Shown in pieces: positions 1 to 7,886 of a DNA stretch of 17,975 nt; positions within the stretch are counted from its first letter, which is position 1; each line of letters opens with the position of its first letter. Source of the stretch: a bacterium (GTDB taxonomy: Bacteria; RBG-13-61-14; DATKZS01); assembly GCA_046484135.1 (NCBI GenBank), contig JAWOBU010000018.1:1-17975 (forward strand), in the 5' to 3' direction. A program made the position numbers and the translations under genes. The notes under the pieces were generated by a model. The model searched no databases. It saw only the letters and a program-made list of their open reading frames with translations, and was not told where the DNA came from.

Positions 1-139
1 CTCTATCCCTATACATCTCTAATCCTCCCCCGCCCTACAGTAATTTAACATAGGGGAAGTGTCTCATCTATCTTGGCACAGAGGGCCAAGCAGTGCGGCA
101 TGGGTAGGCCACCCTGCCAAATCATATCTTTCACTCTGT

Positions 140-1681
140 CTACGACGACTCCCCGGAGCTCACCATTCCTCCGACCTGGTTACGAAGGTCCTTTTTTCTT
201 ACCTTTCCCATGGGTGTTTTGGGCAGGATGGTGGAAAAGATTATGCGGGTCGGCACCTGGTAGGGGGCCAGGTTCTCGCGGCAGTAGTCCAGAAGCTCCT
301 CTGCGGTTACCTCGGTGTCCTGCTTCTTGACCACCACCGCTACGACCTCTTCCCCGTAAATCTCGTGGGGAACGCCCACCACCGCGCAATCTTTGACCGC
401 GTAATGGTCCCGGAGCACTGACTCCACGTCGGACGGATACACGTTCTCCCCGCCCCGGATGATGAGGTCCTTCATCCTTTCGGTAAGATATAGGTACCCG
501 TCCCGGTCCAGGTAGCCGGCGTCGCCGGTATGGAGCCACCCGTCGCGGACGGCCTCGGCGGTCTCGCGTGGCCGGTGATAGTATCCGGCCATAACGTGCG
601 GACCGCGGGTGCAGACCTCGCCTACCTGGCCGGGTCCCAGGATGTTCTCCTCCGGGCTCATGATACACACCTCCTGGTTCTCGAGGCTCTGGCCGACTGA
701 ACCGGGTCTGTCAGGCTGGTCGGGTCTGGTCACAGTAACCGCTGGGCCGGCCTCGGTAAGACCGTAGGCCTCTAGGATGCGGACGTGGGGATACTCCTTT
801 TCAAATCGTTCGCGGAGGCGGGGGCTCAGCGGCGCGGCCCCCACCACGATCTTTTTCAGGCTTTTCAGGTCGAACTTGTCCCGGTCGGGGCACTCGAGCA
901 TAAAAGCGAGCATGGTCGGCACCATGGCGGTGCCTTCCACCTGGAAGCGAGCAATGGACTCCATTACCTGAACGGGATCGAACCTGGGCATGAGCACGAC
1001 CTCCATGCCGTAGACCACTGAGGCCAGGAAGGCGGTTATGCCGAAGGAGTGGTTCAACGGGAGTACGGCCAGGCTTTTCTCGCCCTGCTTGAGCCCCTGC
1101 GAGCGGGCGCTGTTCATGGCGTTCGAGTAAAGGTTCATGTGGGAGAGGAGTACTCCCTTGGGGCTTCCGGTGGTCCCGGAGGTATACAACAGCAGGGCCA
1201 CGTCGTCGGGCTCGCAGTCCTTTTCCTGGAAGCGGTCGTTCTGGCCGACCAGCCAGTCGTCCCACCTCATCCATCCTTCGGGCAGCTTGCCCTTCCCCAC
1301 CATCACCTTGTAGCTTATGGCGCCTTCCTTTTTCTCGGGCAGTTGGAGGCAGTCGCAGAACATGGTCTGGGCGATAAGGGTGGTGGGTTCTGCATCGTCC
1401 AGGATAAGCGCGAACTCGTAAGGCTTTAAAGAGAGGACCACGGGCATGGCCCATGCGCCGATCTTGAAGCAGGCGAACATGGAGGCCACGAGCTCGGGCG
1501 AGTTTCCCATGACGAGCGCCACCCGGTCGCCGGGTTGTACGCCGAGCTCGGAGAGGCCGGAGGCCACCCGGTTCACGGTCTGTTCGAGCTCCCGGTTGGT
1601 TATGGTCTCTCCCTGGTAATGCAAAAGCGGGTACTCGCCGCAGCGCTCCACGTTTTCCGAAAGCAGGGAAGAAAGATTCAT
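140..1681 (-). CDS. fadD: Long-chain-fatty-acid--CoA ligase (AMP-binding/ANL family)
   Basis: 513 aa ORF. Motifs: AMP-binding LLYTSGTTGSPKG, EAYGLTEA, GWLHTGD, RMKDLIIRGGENVYP and terminal LPKTPMGKV. SD AAGGAG lies 8 nt upstream of the ATG. Substrate specificity is not determinable from sequence. Confidence 0.9.
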   Translation of the reverse strand: MNLSSLLSENVERCGEYPLLHYQGETITNRELEQTVNRVASGLSELGVQPGDRVALVMGNSPELVASMFACFKIGAWAMPVVLSLKPYEFALILDDAEPTTLIAQTMFCDCLQLPEKKEGAISYKVMVGKGKLPEGWMRWDDWLVGQNDRFQEKDCEPDDVALLLYTSGTTGSPKGVLLSHMNLYSNAMNSARSQGLKQGEKSLAVLPLNHSFGITAFLASVVYGMEVVLMPRFDPVQVMESIARFQVEGTAMVPTMLAFMLECPDRDKFDLKSLKKIVVGAAPLSPRLRERFEKEYPHVRILEAYGLTEAGPAVTVTRPDQPDRPGSVGQSLENQEVCIMSPEENILGPGQVGEVCTRGPHVMAGYYHRPRETAEAVRDGWLHTGDAGYLDRDGYLYLTERMKDLIIRGGENVYPSDVESVLRDHYAVKDCAVVGVPHEIYGEEVVAVVVKKQDTEVTAEELLDYCRENLAPYQVPTRIIFSTILPKTPMGKVRKKDLRNQVGGMVSSGESS

Positions 1682-1725
1682 TCAGGCAACTCCTTGCCGA
1701 GAGTATTTACCGGCGGGGCGGCCAT
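1678..1725 (-). CDS. Putative 15-aa mini-ORF (MAAPPVNTLGKELPE) translationally coupled to the acyl-CoA ligase
   Basis: TAAGGAG at 1741-1735, 9-nt spacer, ATG at 1725. Its TGA (1680-1678) overlaps the ligase ATG (1681-1679) as ATGA. Confidence 0.3.
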   Translation of the reverse strand: MAAPPVNTLGKELPE

Positions 1726-1771
1726 GAGCCGACTCTCCTTATTTCTAATATCTCTTATTTGGCGGGTATGC

Positions 1772-3001
1772 TCAAGCCTCTTCGTCGAGCTCTTTCCACC
1801 AGCCGGGCTTTTCTCCGAACACGCTTTTTCCGGCGAAGGCGGGGTTCAGCTCGATGGGGTCCATATTCATGAGCTGTCGGGCCATGATCATGAGCTGAAT
1901 TTCACTGGTGCCGGCGCCTATCTCCATGAGCTTGGAGTCGCGCATGAACCGCTCCACCTTGTACTCCTTCATGTAGCCGTAGCCTCCCATGATCTGGATG
2001 GCGTCCAGTGCCACCTGGGTGGCGCTCTCGGTCGAGTAGAGCTTGGCCGCGCTCGCCATCGCGGTTATGTCCATTCCCCGGCTCTCCAGGTCACAGAGAG
2101 AGTAAAGCATGCTGTAGCTCGCCATAAGACTGGTCCACATCCGGGCCAGCTTGAACTGGATGCCCTGGAACTTGATGATGGGCTTGCCGAACTGGACCCG
2201 CTCGCGGGCGTAACGGACGGCCTCATCAATACAGCGTTCCATGATCCCTATCTGCATGGCGGGGGTGCTGGCCCGCTCGTGGTTTAAGTTGTTGAGAGCG
2301 TACCAGAAGCCCTTGCCCTCTTCGCCCAATCGGTTCTCGGCCGGCACCCGCACGTCGTCCATGTAGATGGCGCCGGTAGGAGACGCGCGGTGTCCCATCT
2401 TGTCGAAAGGCTCGCTGGTGGTGAGTCCTTCCATGCCCCGCTCGAGTACAAACGCGGTGATTCCTGCGGGCGCCTGCGCGTAGACCACCATGATGTCCGC
2501 GTAGGGGGCGTTCGAGATAAATGTCTTCTGCCCGTTCAACACGTAGCCGTCACCGTCTTGGCGGGCTGATGTTTTCATGCCCTGCACGTCAGAGCCGGCC
2601 TCCGGCTCGGTGAGCCCCCAGCTTCCGATCTTGTCGCCGCAAAAGATGGGGACCGCCCATCGCTCGACCTGCTCGAGGTTTCCGGCGAAGCTGATGGCGT
2701 AGCCCGCGAGCTCGAGGCTGGCGCCCATGGACAGGGCAAAGCCCGGGCACACCCGGCAGGTTTCGATGGCGATAAGGGCGCGGGTTACCAGGTCCTGGTT
2801 TTCGAGGAACTCCTTTAAGTCCTTTGCGGTCTCGATGACGGTGGTGCCCTGTACCTCCTGGAGAAACTTTCGGATGAGGTCATAAGGCAGGAGCTTGTGC
2901 TCGTCGAGCTTGTCGGTTACGGGTTCGAGCTCCCGCTCGCAAAATTTCCTGGTAGTCTCGCGTACGAGCTTCTGCTCGGGGGTCAACTCGAGGTTTAGCA
3001 T
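1772..3001 (-). CDS. Acyl-CoA dehydrogenase, isovaleryl-CoA dehydrogenase-like subtype
   Basis: Motifs GLTEPEAGSD, LNGQKTFISN, KMGHRASPT, RVQFGKPI, QIMGGYGYM and MEIGAGTSEIQ. SD AAGGAG at 3012-3007 favours the ATG at 3001 (alternatives 3004, 3007). Confidence 0.92.
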   Translation of the reverse strand: MLNLELTPEQKLVRETTRKFCERELEPVTDKLDEHKLLPYDLIRKFLQEVQGTTVIETAKDLKEFLENQDLVTRALIAIETCRVCPGFALSMGASLELAGYAISFAGNLEQVERWAVPIFCGDKIGSWGLTEPEAGSDVQGMKTSARQDGDGYVLNGQKTFISNAPYADIMVVYAQAPAGITAFVLERGMEGLTTSEPFDKMGHRASPTGAIYMDDVRVPAENRLGEEGKGFWYALNNLNHERASTPAMQIGIMERCIDEAVRYARERVQFGKPIIKFQGIQFKLARMWTSLMASYSMLYSLCDLESRGMDITAMASAAKLYSTESATQVALDAIQIMGGYGYMKEYKVERFMRDSKLMEIGAGTSEIQLMIMARQLMNMDPIELNPAFAGKSVFGEKPGWWKELDEEA

Positions 3002-3014
3002 CATCACTCCTTTA

Positions 3015-3506
3015 TTACATTATTCTTGTAAGAGCTTTCCCTGGCGGTTCAACGTATTTTAGTGTGGGTGGATAGAAAAAGATGCGTTTATCGCTTTCAG
3101 GACTTCCAGCCTGCCTGTGCCGGCCACCCACAGGCAGGCGCACTCCTAAACGGAGTTTCGCAACAGGCACTAAATAGACCTTCATTGCAAACTGCTCGCC
3201 CACCCCCTGCTCTTTATCTTCATAATAGGAGATGGCTTCGAAAAATTCGGCTTTTGCTTGGGGGTGAAACTCGAATTTCATCTTTAGGAAGCGTTTTTTG
3301 ATTTTCGAGAAGACCTGGTCCCCTGAAACAGGCTGGGCGCCACCGAGGCGAAGCTCTGAGAGACGACTTCCGGCAATCTCAGACCATGCCTTGTCAACTT
3401 CGGTATCAGGCGGATTTAAGGTCCGAAGCAAAGAATCAATTACGCGGGTCCGCTCTTCAACCGGGAGTTCGGACAGCTCGCGAATGATGTCTTCTATATT
3501 GTGCAT
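3015..3506 (-). pseudogene. Addiction-module antitoxin (TIGR02574/Unstab_antitox-like) fused in frame to a truncated RelE/ParE-like toxin
   Basis: aa1-75 (LPVEERTRVIDSLLRTL...VDKAWSEIAGSRLSELRLG..PVSGDQVF) match the addiction-module antitoxin pattern. aa76-111 (MKFEFHPQAKAEFFEAISYYEDKEQGVGEQF) match the ParE N-terminus. The rest is read through palindromic non-coding-like DNA. Confidence 0.75.
3109..3139. repeat. REP-like palindrome (GCCTGCCTGTG-N9-CACAGGCAGGC)
   Basis: Perfect 11-bp inverted repeat at 3109-3119 and 3129-3139 with a 9-nt loop. Confidence 0.7.
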
Positions 3507-3601
3507 GTCATTTCTCCCACTTGAAGATAATTTCTATGATCTCATAGCCGCTTAACCCGCTCAATGTCTCTTTCGGCAGCGTTGTTCGTTACGGCGGCAT
3601 G

Positions 3602-5134
3602 TCAGCCCATGGCTCTGTCCAGACTTCGATACTGCACGGCCTCGGATAAATGGGCCACCGTGATGTCCTCCGCTCCCTCCAGGTCGGCGATGGTCCGGGC
3701 CACCTTCAGTATCCTCGAGTGCGCCCTGGCGCTCATGCCGAGCCGGTCCACGCAGTGCTGGAGAAGCGAATGCCCGGCATCGTCCACCTCGCAGTACCTC
3801 CTGATCTGCCTCGAGTTCATGTGGGCGTTACAGCGGGCCTTGCTTCGGGCAAAACGCTGGTGCTGAAGCTGGCGGGCGCGGTTCACCCGGCCGCGGACAT
3901 CTTTCGAGCTCTCGCCTCCCGCGTGGTCGGAAAGCTCCCGGTAGTTCACCGCGGGTACCTCGACCTGGATGTCTATCCGGTCGAGGAGCGGCCCGGAGAT
4001 GCGGTTTCTATGGGCGTGTATCTGGCGGGGCGTACAGGAACAGGCATGGAGCGGATGTCCGAGATACCCGCACGGACAGGGGTTCATGGCCGCGACCAGC
4101 ACGAACCGGGAAGGATAGGTGATGGAAGCGGTGGCCCGCGAGATGTTGACCTTGCCCGCCTCCAGGGGCTGGCGCAGGACCTCGAGGACCTGCTTTTTGA
4201 ACTCCGGCAGCTCGTCCAGAAACAACACCCCGTGGTGGGCAAGGCTGATCTCGCCCGGCCTCGGGTACTGGCCTCCGCCGATCAGGCCGGCGTCGGAGAT
4301 GGTGTGATGCGGCGAGCAGAAAGGCCGGGTGCCGATAAAAGGCCGGTCAGGAGACAGCTTCCCTGCCACCGAGTAAATCTTGGTCGTCTCGAGTGCTTCA
4401 TCAAAGTCAAGATCGGGAAGGATGCCGGGAAGCCTTTTCGCCAGCATGGTCTTGCCTGAGCCGGGCGGACCGGTCATGAGCACGTTATGCCCGCCCGCCG
4501 CGGAAACCTCCAGCGCCCTTTTCACGTGCTCCTGTCCTCGCACGTCCTTTAAATCAACCTCGTAGACCCGCTCGCGCTCCATGAGAGATGCGCTCTCGGT
4601 CCGCACCGGCTCGATTATGCGCTCGTCGCGGAAAAAACTCACCGCCTCCGCCAGGGTTGAGACAGGATATACCGCAACCCCCTCGACCACCGACGCCTCG
4701 GCAGCGTTCTCGGAAGGGATCAAGAGCCCCTTGCAGCCCTGCCGTTTCGACTCGACCGCCACCGGCAGTATCCCGGCAACCGGCCGGACCATGCCGTCCA
4801 GGGAGAGCTCGCCCAGGACGCGGAAGCCTTCGAGGCTCTCCTTCTCGATCAGGCCCAGAGCGGACAGGAGCCCGAGCGCCAGGGGAAGGTCGTAAGCCGA
4901 GCCCTCCTTTTTCATGCCCGCGGGGGCCAGGTTCACCGAGATGTGATACTCGCCGGGAAAGGGAAAGGTGCTGTTGCTGATGGCGGACCGCACCCGTACC
5001 CGCGACTCCCGGACCGCGGGGTCCGGCAGGCCCACCACGTCAAAGCTGTACATGCCAGGCACCAGGTCAACCTCGACCGACACCTCGTAAGCCTCGACCC
5101 CCAAAACCGCGGCGCTGGTAACTCGAGAGAGCAT
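3602..5134 (-). CDS. comM: YifB/ComM family Mg-chelatase-like AAA+ ATPase
   Basis: Motifs VGLPDPAVRESRVRV, VNLAPA..KEGSAYDLP, Walker A GPPGSGKT, PHHTIS, GVLFLDELPEF, AMNPCPCG, ISGPLLDRID and LKVARTIADL. SD AAGGAG supports the ATG at 5134. Confidence 0.95.
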   Translation of the reverse strand: MLSRVTSAAVLGVEAYEVSVEVDLVPGMYSFDVVGLPDPAVRESRVRVRSAISNSTFPFPGEYHISVNLAPAGMKKEGSAYDLPLALGLLSALGLIEKESLEGFRVLGELSLDGMVRPVAGILPVAVESKRQGCKGLLIPSENAAEASVVEGVAVYPVSTLAEAVSFFRDERIIEPVRTESASLMERERVYEVDLKDVRGQEHVKRALEVSAAGGHNVLMTGPPGSGKTMLAKRLPGILPDLDFDEALETTKIYSVAGKLSPDRPFIGTRPFCSPHHTISDAGLIGGGQYPRPGEISLAHHGVLFLDELPEFKKQVLEVLRQPLEAGKVNISRATASITYPSRFVLVAAMNPCPCGYLGHPLHACSCTPRQIHAHRNRISGPLLDRIDIQVEVPAVNYRELSDHAGGESSKDVRGRVNRARQLQHQRFARSKARCNAHMNSRQIRRYCEVDDAGHSLLQHCVDRLGMSARAHSRILKVARTIADLEGAEDITVAHLSEAVQYRSLDRAMG

Positions 5135-5184
5135 CAAAAACACTCCTTAAGAAATAAATCCTAAATTTCTTTAAAGCTCAAGTC

Positions 5185-6024
5185 TTACTTCCGCGCTATG
5201 GAGTAGACCTGGCTGATCAGGAACACGCCGCAGGCGATGAGTATGATGGTTGCGCCAGCCGGCGGGTTATAGTGATACGAGGTTATGATTCCGGCTACGC
5301 CCGCGACCAGGCTTATTATGACGGACCACCAGAACATTCCCTTGACCGAGTGGGCCATGTTCCTTCCGGCCGCGGCCGGGACCACCAGCATGGCGGTAAC
5401 TAACAGCAGTCCCACCACCCGGATGGACACGGTAACCACCAGTGCGAGCAGCAAGGCGTAGGCGTACTCGAGAAGCCGAACGCGGACGCCCTGCGACTTG
5501 GCCAGCCGCTCGTTGATGCCCAGAAGAAACAGGTCGTTAAAGTAAAAAAAGAAGAAAGCCAGGCACACCAGGAACAGGACCAGGATGCCCCCGATCTCGG
5601 TCATGGACACGGTCAGCACGTCGCCGAAAAGATAGGCGTGCAGGCCGGTGGTCAGGTTCCGCTTTACGCTTATGATCACGATGCCGAGCGCTACTGTGAA
5701 GCTGAAGAAGACGCCTATGACAGTGTCCACCGACAACGAGCTTTTCTGCCGAACCGATATGATGCCGACCCCGACCAGCACGCCGAACACGATCAGGGTC
5801 AGGTCCGGGGAGAGTCCCATGAGCATGCCCAAAGCCACGCCGGTAAACGCGGAGTGGCTGATGGCGTCCGAGAAAAAGGCCATGCGGAAGTTGACCACCA
5901 TGACCCCCATGGCCGCGCAAAGAGGAGCGATCAGGACCACTGTAATAAGGGCCCTTTTCATGAAGTCGTCTTGCAGAAAGGCGAAGGGTAACAACACCTC
6001 GATAAAATCGTAGATCGCGTCCAA
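5185..6024 (-). CDS. znuB: Zn/Mn ABC transporter permease
   Basis: Hydrophobic protein with RMAFFSDAISHSAFTGVA, YLFGDVL and VGLLLVTAMLVVPAAA motifs (ABC-3 family). Likely TTG start at 6024, 1 nt after the ATPase stop. The ORF track start of 6072 is probably too long. Confidence 0.88.
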   Translation of the reverse strand: MDAIYDFIEVLLPFAFLQDDFMKRALITVVLIAPLCAAMGVMVVNFRMAFFSDAISHSAFTGVALGMLMGLSPDLTLIVFGVLVGVGIISVRQKSSLSVDTVIGVFFSFTVALGIVIISVKRNLTTGLHAYLFGDVLTVSMTEIGGILVLFLVCLAFFFFYFNDLFLLGINERLAKSQGVRVRLLEYAYALLLALVVTVSIRVVGLLLVTAMLVVPAAAGRNMAHSVKGMFWWSVIISLVAGVAGIITSYHYNPPAGATIILIACGVFLISQVYSIARK

Positions 6025-6025
6025 T

Positions 6026-6856
6026 TCAGTCCCCGTTATGGCTCTCTTCGTCTGAAAGCGGCTCGAAGGCACAGGTTACATCTTCCCCCCAGTGGTGGTC
6101 ATGCAGCATAAGCCCCTTGTCAGCGCCGAAGCAGGCGGACAGCGTGCTCTCGTTTATAACGTCCGCGGTGTTGCCTTCGCTTAAGACCTCGCGGTTCAAG
6201 CAGATGACGTGCTCGGCGAGCCGGGTCACCATGCTGATGTCGTGGCTTACCATGAGCATGGTCAGCCCCTGTTCTTCGTTCAGGGACTTTACGAGGTTCA
6301 TGAAAAGCTGCTCTCCGTTTCTGTCCACTGCGCTGGCCGGCTCGTCCAGAAGCAGTATAGACGGCTCTTCCATGAGGGCCATGGCCAGGAGGACCCGCTG
6401 AAACTCTCCGCCCGAGATGTTGCCGAGCATCCTGCCGGCTACGTGGTCGGCCTTGACCCGGGCGAGGACCTCGAGGGCGTGCTTCTTCCGGTTTCGCAAC
6501 CTGGAAAGCCAGAGCGGGCTTCTCTGGCTGCCCATGCACAAAAAGTCCATGACCGTTACCGGCATGCCGCGGTCAAAGTCGAGGTGTTGAGGAACGTACC
6601 CGATGTTATGAGCGCCCTTGCCGCAGCGCACCTTGATCTTTCCCTGGTAGGGGATGATGCCCAGGATGGCGAGAAGCAGCGTGGTCTTGCCCGCGCCGTT
6701 GGGGCCGATCAGGGCGGAGACCGCTCCTTCCGGTATGCGGGCGTTCACGCCGGAGAGTATCACGGCGCCGCTCAGCTCCACCTGAAGGTCCCGGACCTCG
6801 ATGGCCACTCCTTCCGGGAGCTCGCGGTTTCTGGCTTCGGCTTTGGATACGCCCAT
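6026..6856 (-). CDS. znuC: Zn/Mn ABC transporter ATP-binding protein
   Basis: Walker A GPNGAGKTT, IGYVPQ, signature ISGGEFQRV, Walker B LLLDEP, H-loop VSHD and a His/Cys-containing C-terminal tail. Confidence 0.9.
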   Translation of the reverse strand: MGVSKAEARNRELPEGVAIEVRDLQVELSGAVILSGVNARIPEGAVSALIGPNGAGKTTLLLAILGIIPYQGKIKVRCGKGAHNIGYVPQHLDFDRGMPVTVMDFLCMGSQRSPLWLSRLRNRKKHALEVLARVKADHVAGRMLGNISGGEFQRVLLAMALMEEPSILLLDEPASAVDRNGEQLFMNLVKSLNEEQGLTMLMVSHDISMVTRLAEHVICLNREVLSEGNTADVINESTLSACFGADKGLMLHDHHWGEDVTCAFEPLSDEESHNGD

Positions 6857-6858
6857 GC

Positions 6859-7827
6859 CTACTCCTTCTCCGGCAGGACCTGGTCCAGGGTCTTGTAGTT
6901 CTTTATCATAACCTCCACGTAGTAGCCGGGCCGCATCTCGCCGGTCCCTGCCGGGTCCAGGTAATCCATCTTGACGTCCGCTTCCCGGGCCAGGACCCTG
7001 GCAAGCCGGGGCGAGTACTGCGGCTCCGCGAACACCGCCACCGCGCCGGTCCGCCTGATCTTCTCGGCCAGGCCGGAAAGCTCGCCCGCGGACGGCTGCT
7101 GCCCGGGTACAACTTCAATGGACCCCACGATCTCGAGGCCTGATGCCTGCGCCAGGTAGTCGAAAGCGTTGTGAAAGGTCACAATCTTGGGGTTTGAAGA
7201 TTCGTCAACCAGCTCTTTGATCTTCTCGCCGATCTTCTCGAGTTTTACGGCATAGAGCTCGGCGTTGCGGTGGTACACTTCCCGCCCGGCCGGGTCCACT
7301 TTGCTCAAAGCTTTGCCGATTTCCCGCACCATCATGGCTGCGTGCTTGGGGCTTGCGAACACGTGGGGGTTTACTGCGTGGTGATCGTGGCCGTGGCCTT
7401 TTTCTTTGCCAGTGTTCTTGATATGGCCGGCCTCTTCAATATATATGGGCTCGGCCACCTCCGCGGCTTTGAGGATACGGAGGTCCGGCCGGGCCTCCCG
7501 GGCCGCGTCGGTAATGAACTCGTCAAGCTGGTAACCGTTGGCCACCAACAGGTCCGCCGCGTTTATCTTTTTCATGTCCGCGGGCGTAAGCTGGTAGTCG
7601 TGCGGGCCTTGCTCGCCGGGTATGAGCACGTCTACTTCGACTCCCTGCCGGTCGCCGACCACGTTCCTGGTGAATGCCCAGAGGGGCAGAAAGGAGCAAA
7701 GGACTTGAAGGCCTTCGGCTTCTTTTTGATCTTTTCCGCCGGTTTCTTTTTTATCGGCGTCCTGCGAGCAGGCCGCTGCCAGGAGGGACAGAACCAGCGC
7801 AAATGCCACAGCGCGACACTTCATCAT
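6859..7827 (-). CDS. znuA: Zn/Mn ABC transporter substrate-binding lipoprotein (ZnuA/TroA family)
   Basis: Lipobox LAAA-C, metal-ligand motifs GPHDYQ, NPHVF, TFHNAF and LDP, and a His-rich loop GHGHDHH. The start could be 7842, 7827 or 7824. Confidence 0.9.
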   Translation of the reverse strand: MMKCRAVAFALVLSLLAAACSQDADKKETGGKDQKEAEGLQVLCSFLPLWAFTRNVVGDRQGVEVDVLIPGEQGPHDYQLTPADMKKINAADLLVANGYQLDEFITDAAREARPDLRILKAAEVAEPIYIEEAGHIKNTGKEKGHGHDHHAVNPHVFASPKHAAMMVREIGKALSKVDPAGREVYHRNAELYAVKLEKIGEKIKELVDESSNPKIVTFHNAFDYLAQASGLEIVGSIEVVPGQQPSAGELSGLAEKIRRTGAVAVFAEPQYSPRLARVLAREADVKMDYLDPAGTGEMRPGYYVEVMIKNYKTLDQVLPEKE

Positions 7828-7848
7828 ATCCTTCCCTTTCATATCTTC

Positions 7849-7877
7849 AGGATATAGGGCGGCCCTTCAGGTTGCAA
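7849..7877 (-). promoter_or_regulatory. Putative sigma70 promoter for znuACB
   Basis: TTGCAA (7877-7872), 17-nt spacer, TATCCT (7854-7849). Confidence 0.4.
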
Positions 7878-7886
7878 ACCCGGTGT

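Noticed and set aside
3015..3031. TTACA-N7-TGTAA palindrome before the acyl-CoA dehydrogenase SD as an operator
   Set aside because: The arms are only 5 bp in an AT-rich patch, which cannot be distinguished from chance without comparative data.
3602..5134. comM disrupted by an integrated mobile element
   Set aside because: comM is a known integration hotspot, but this copy is full length and uninterrupted, with no integrase or att repeats nearby.
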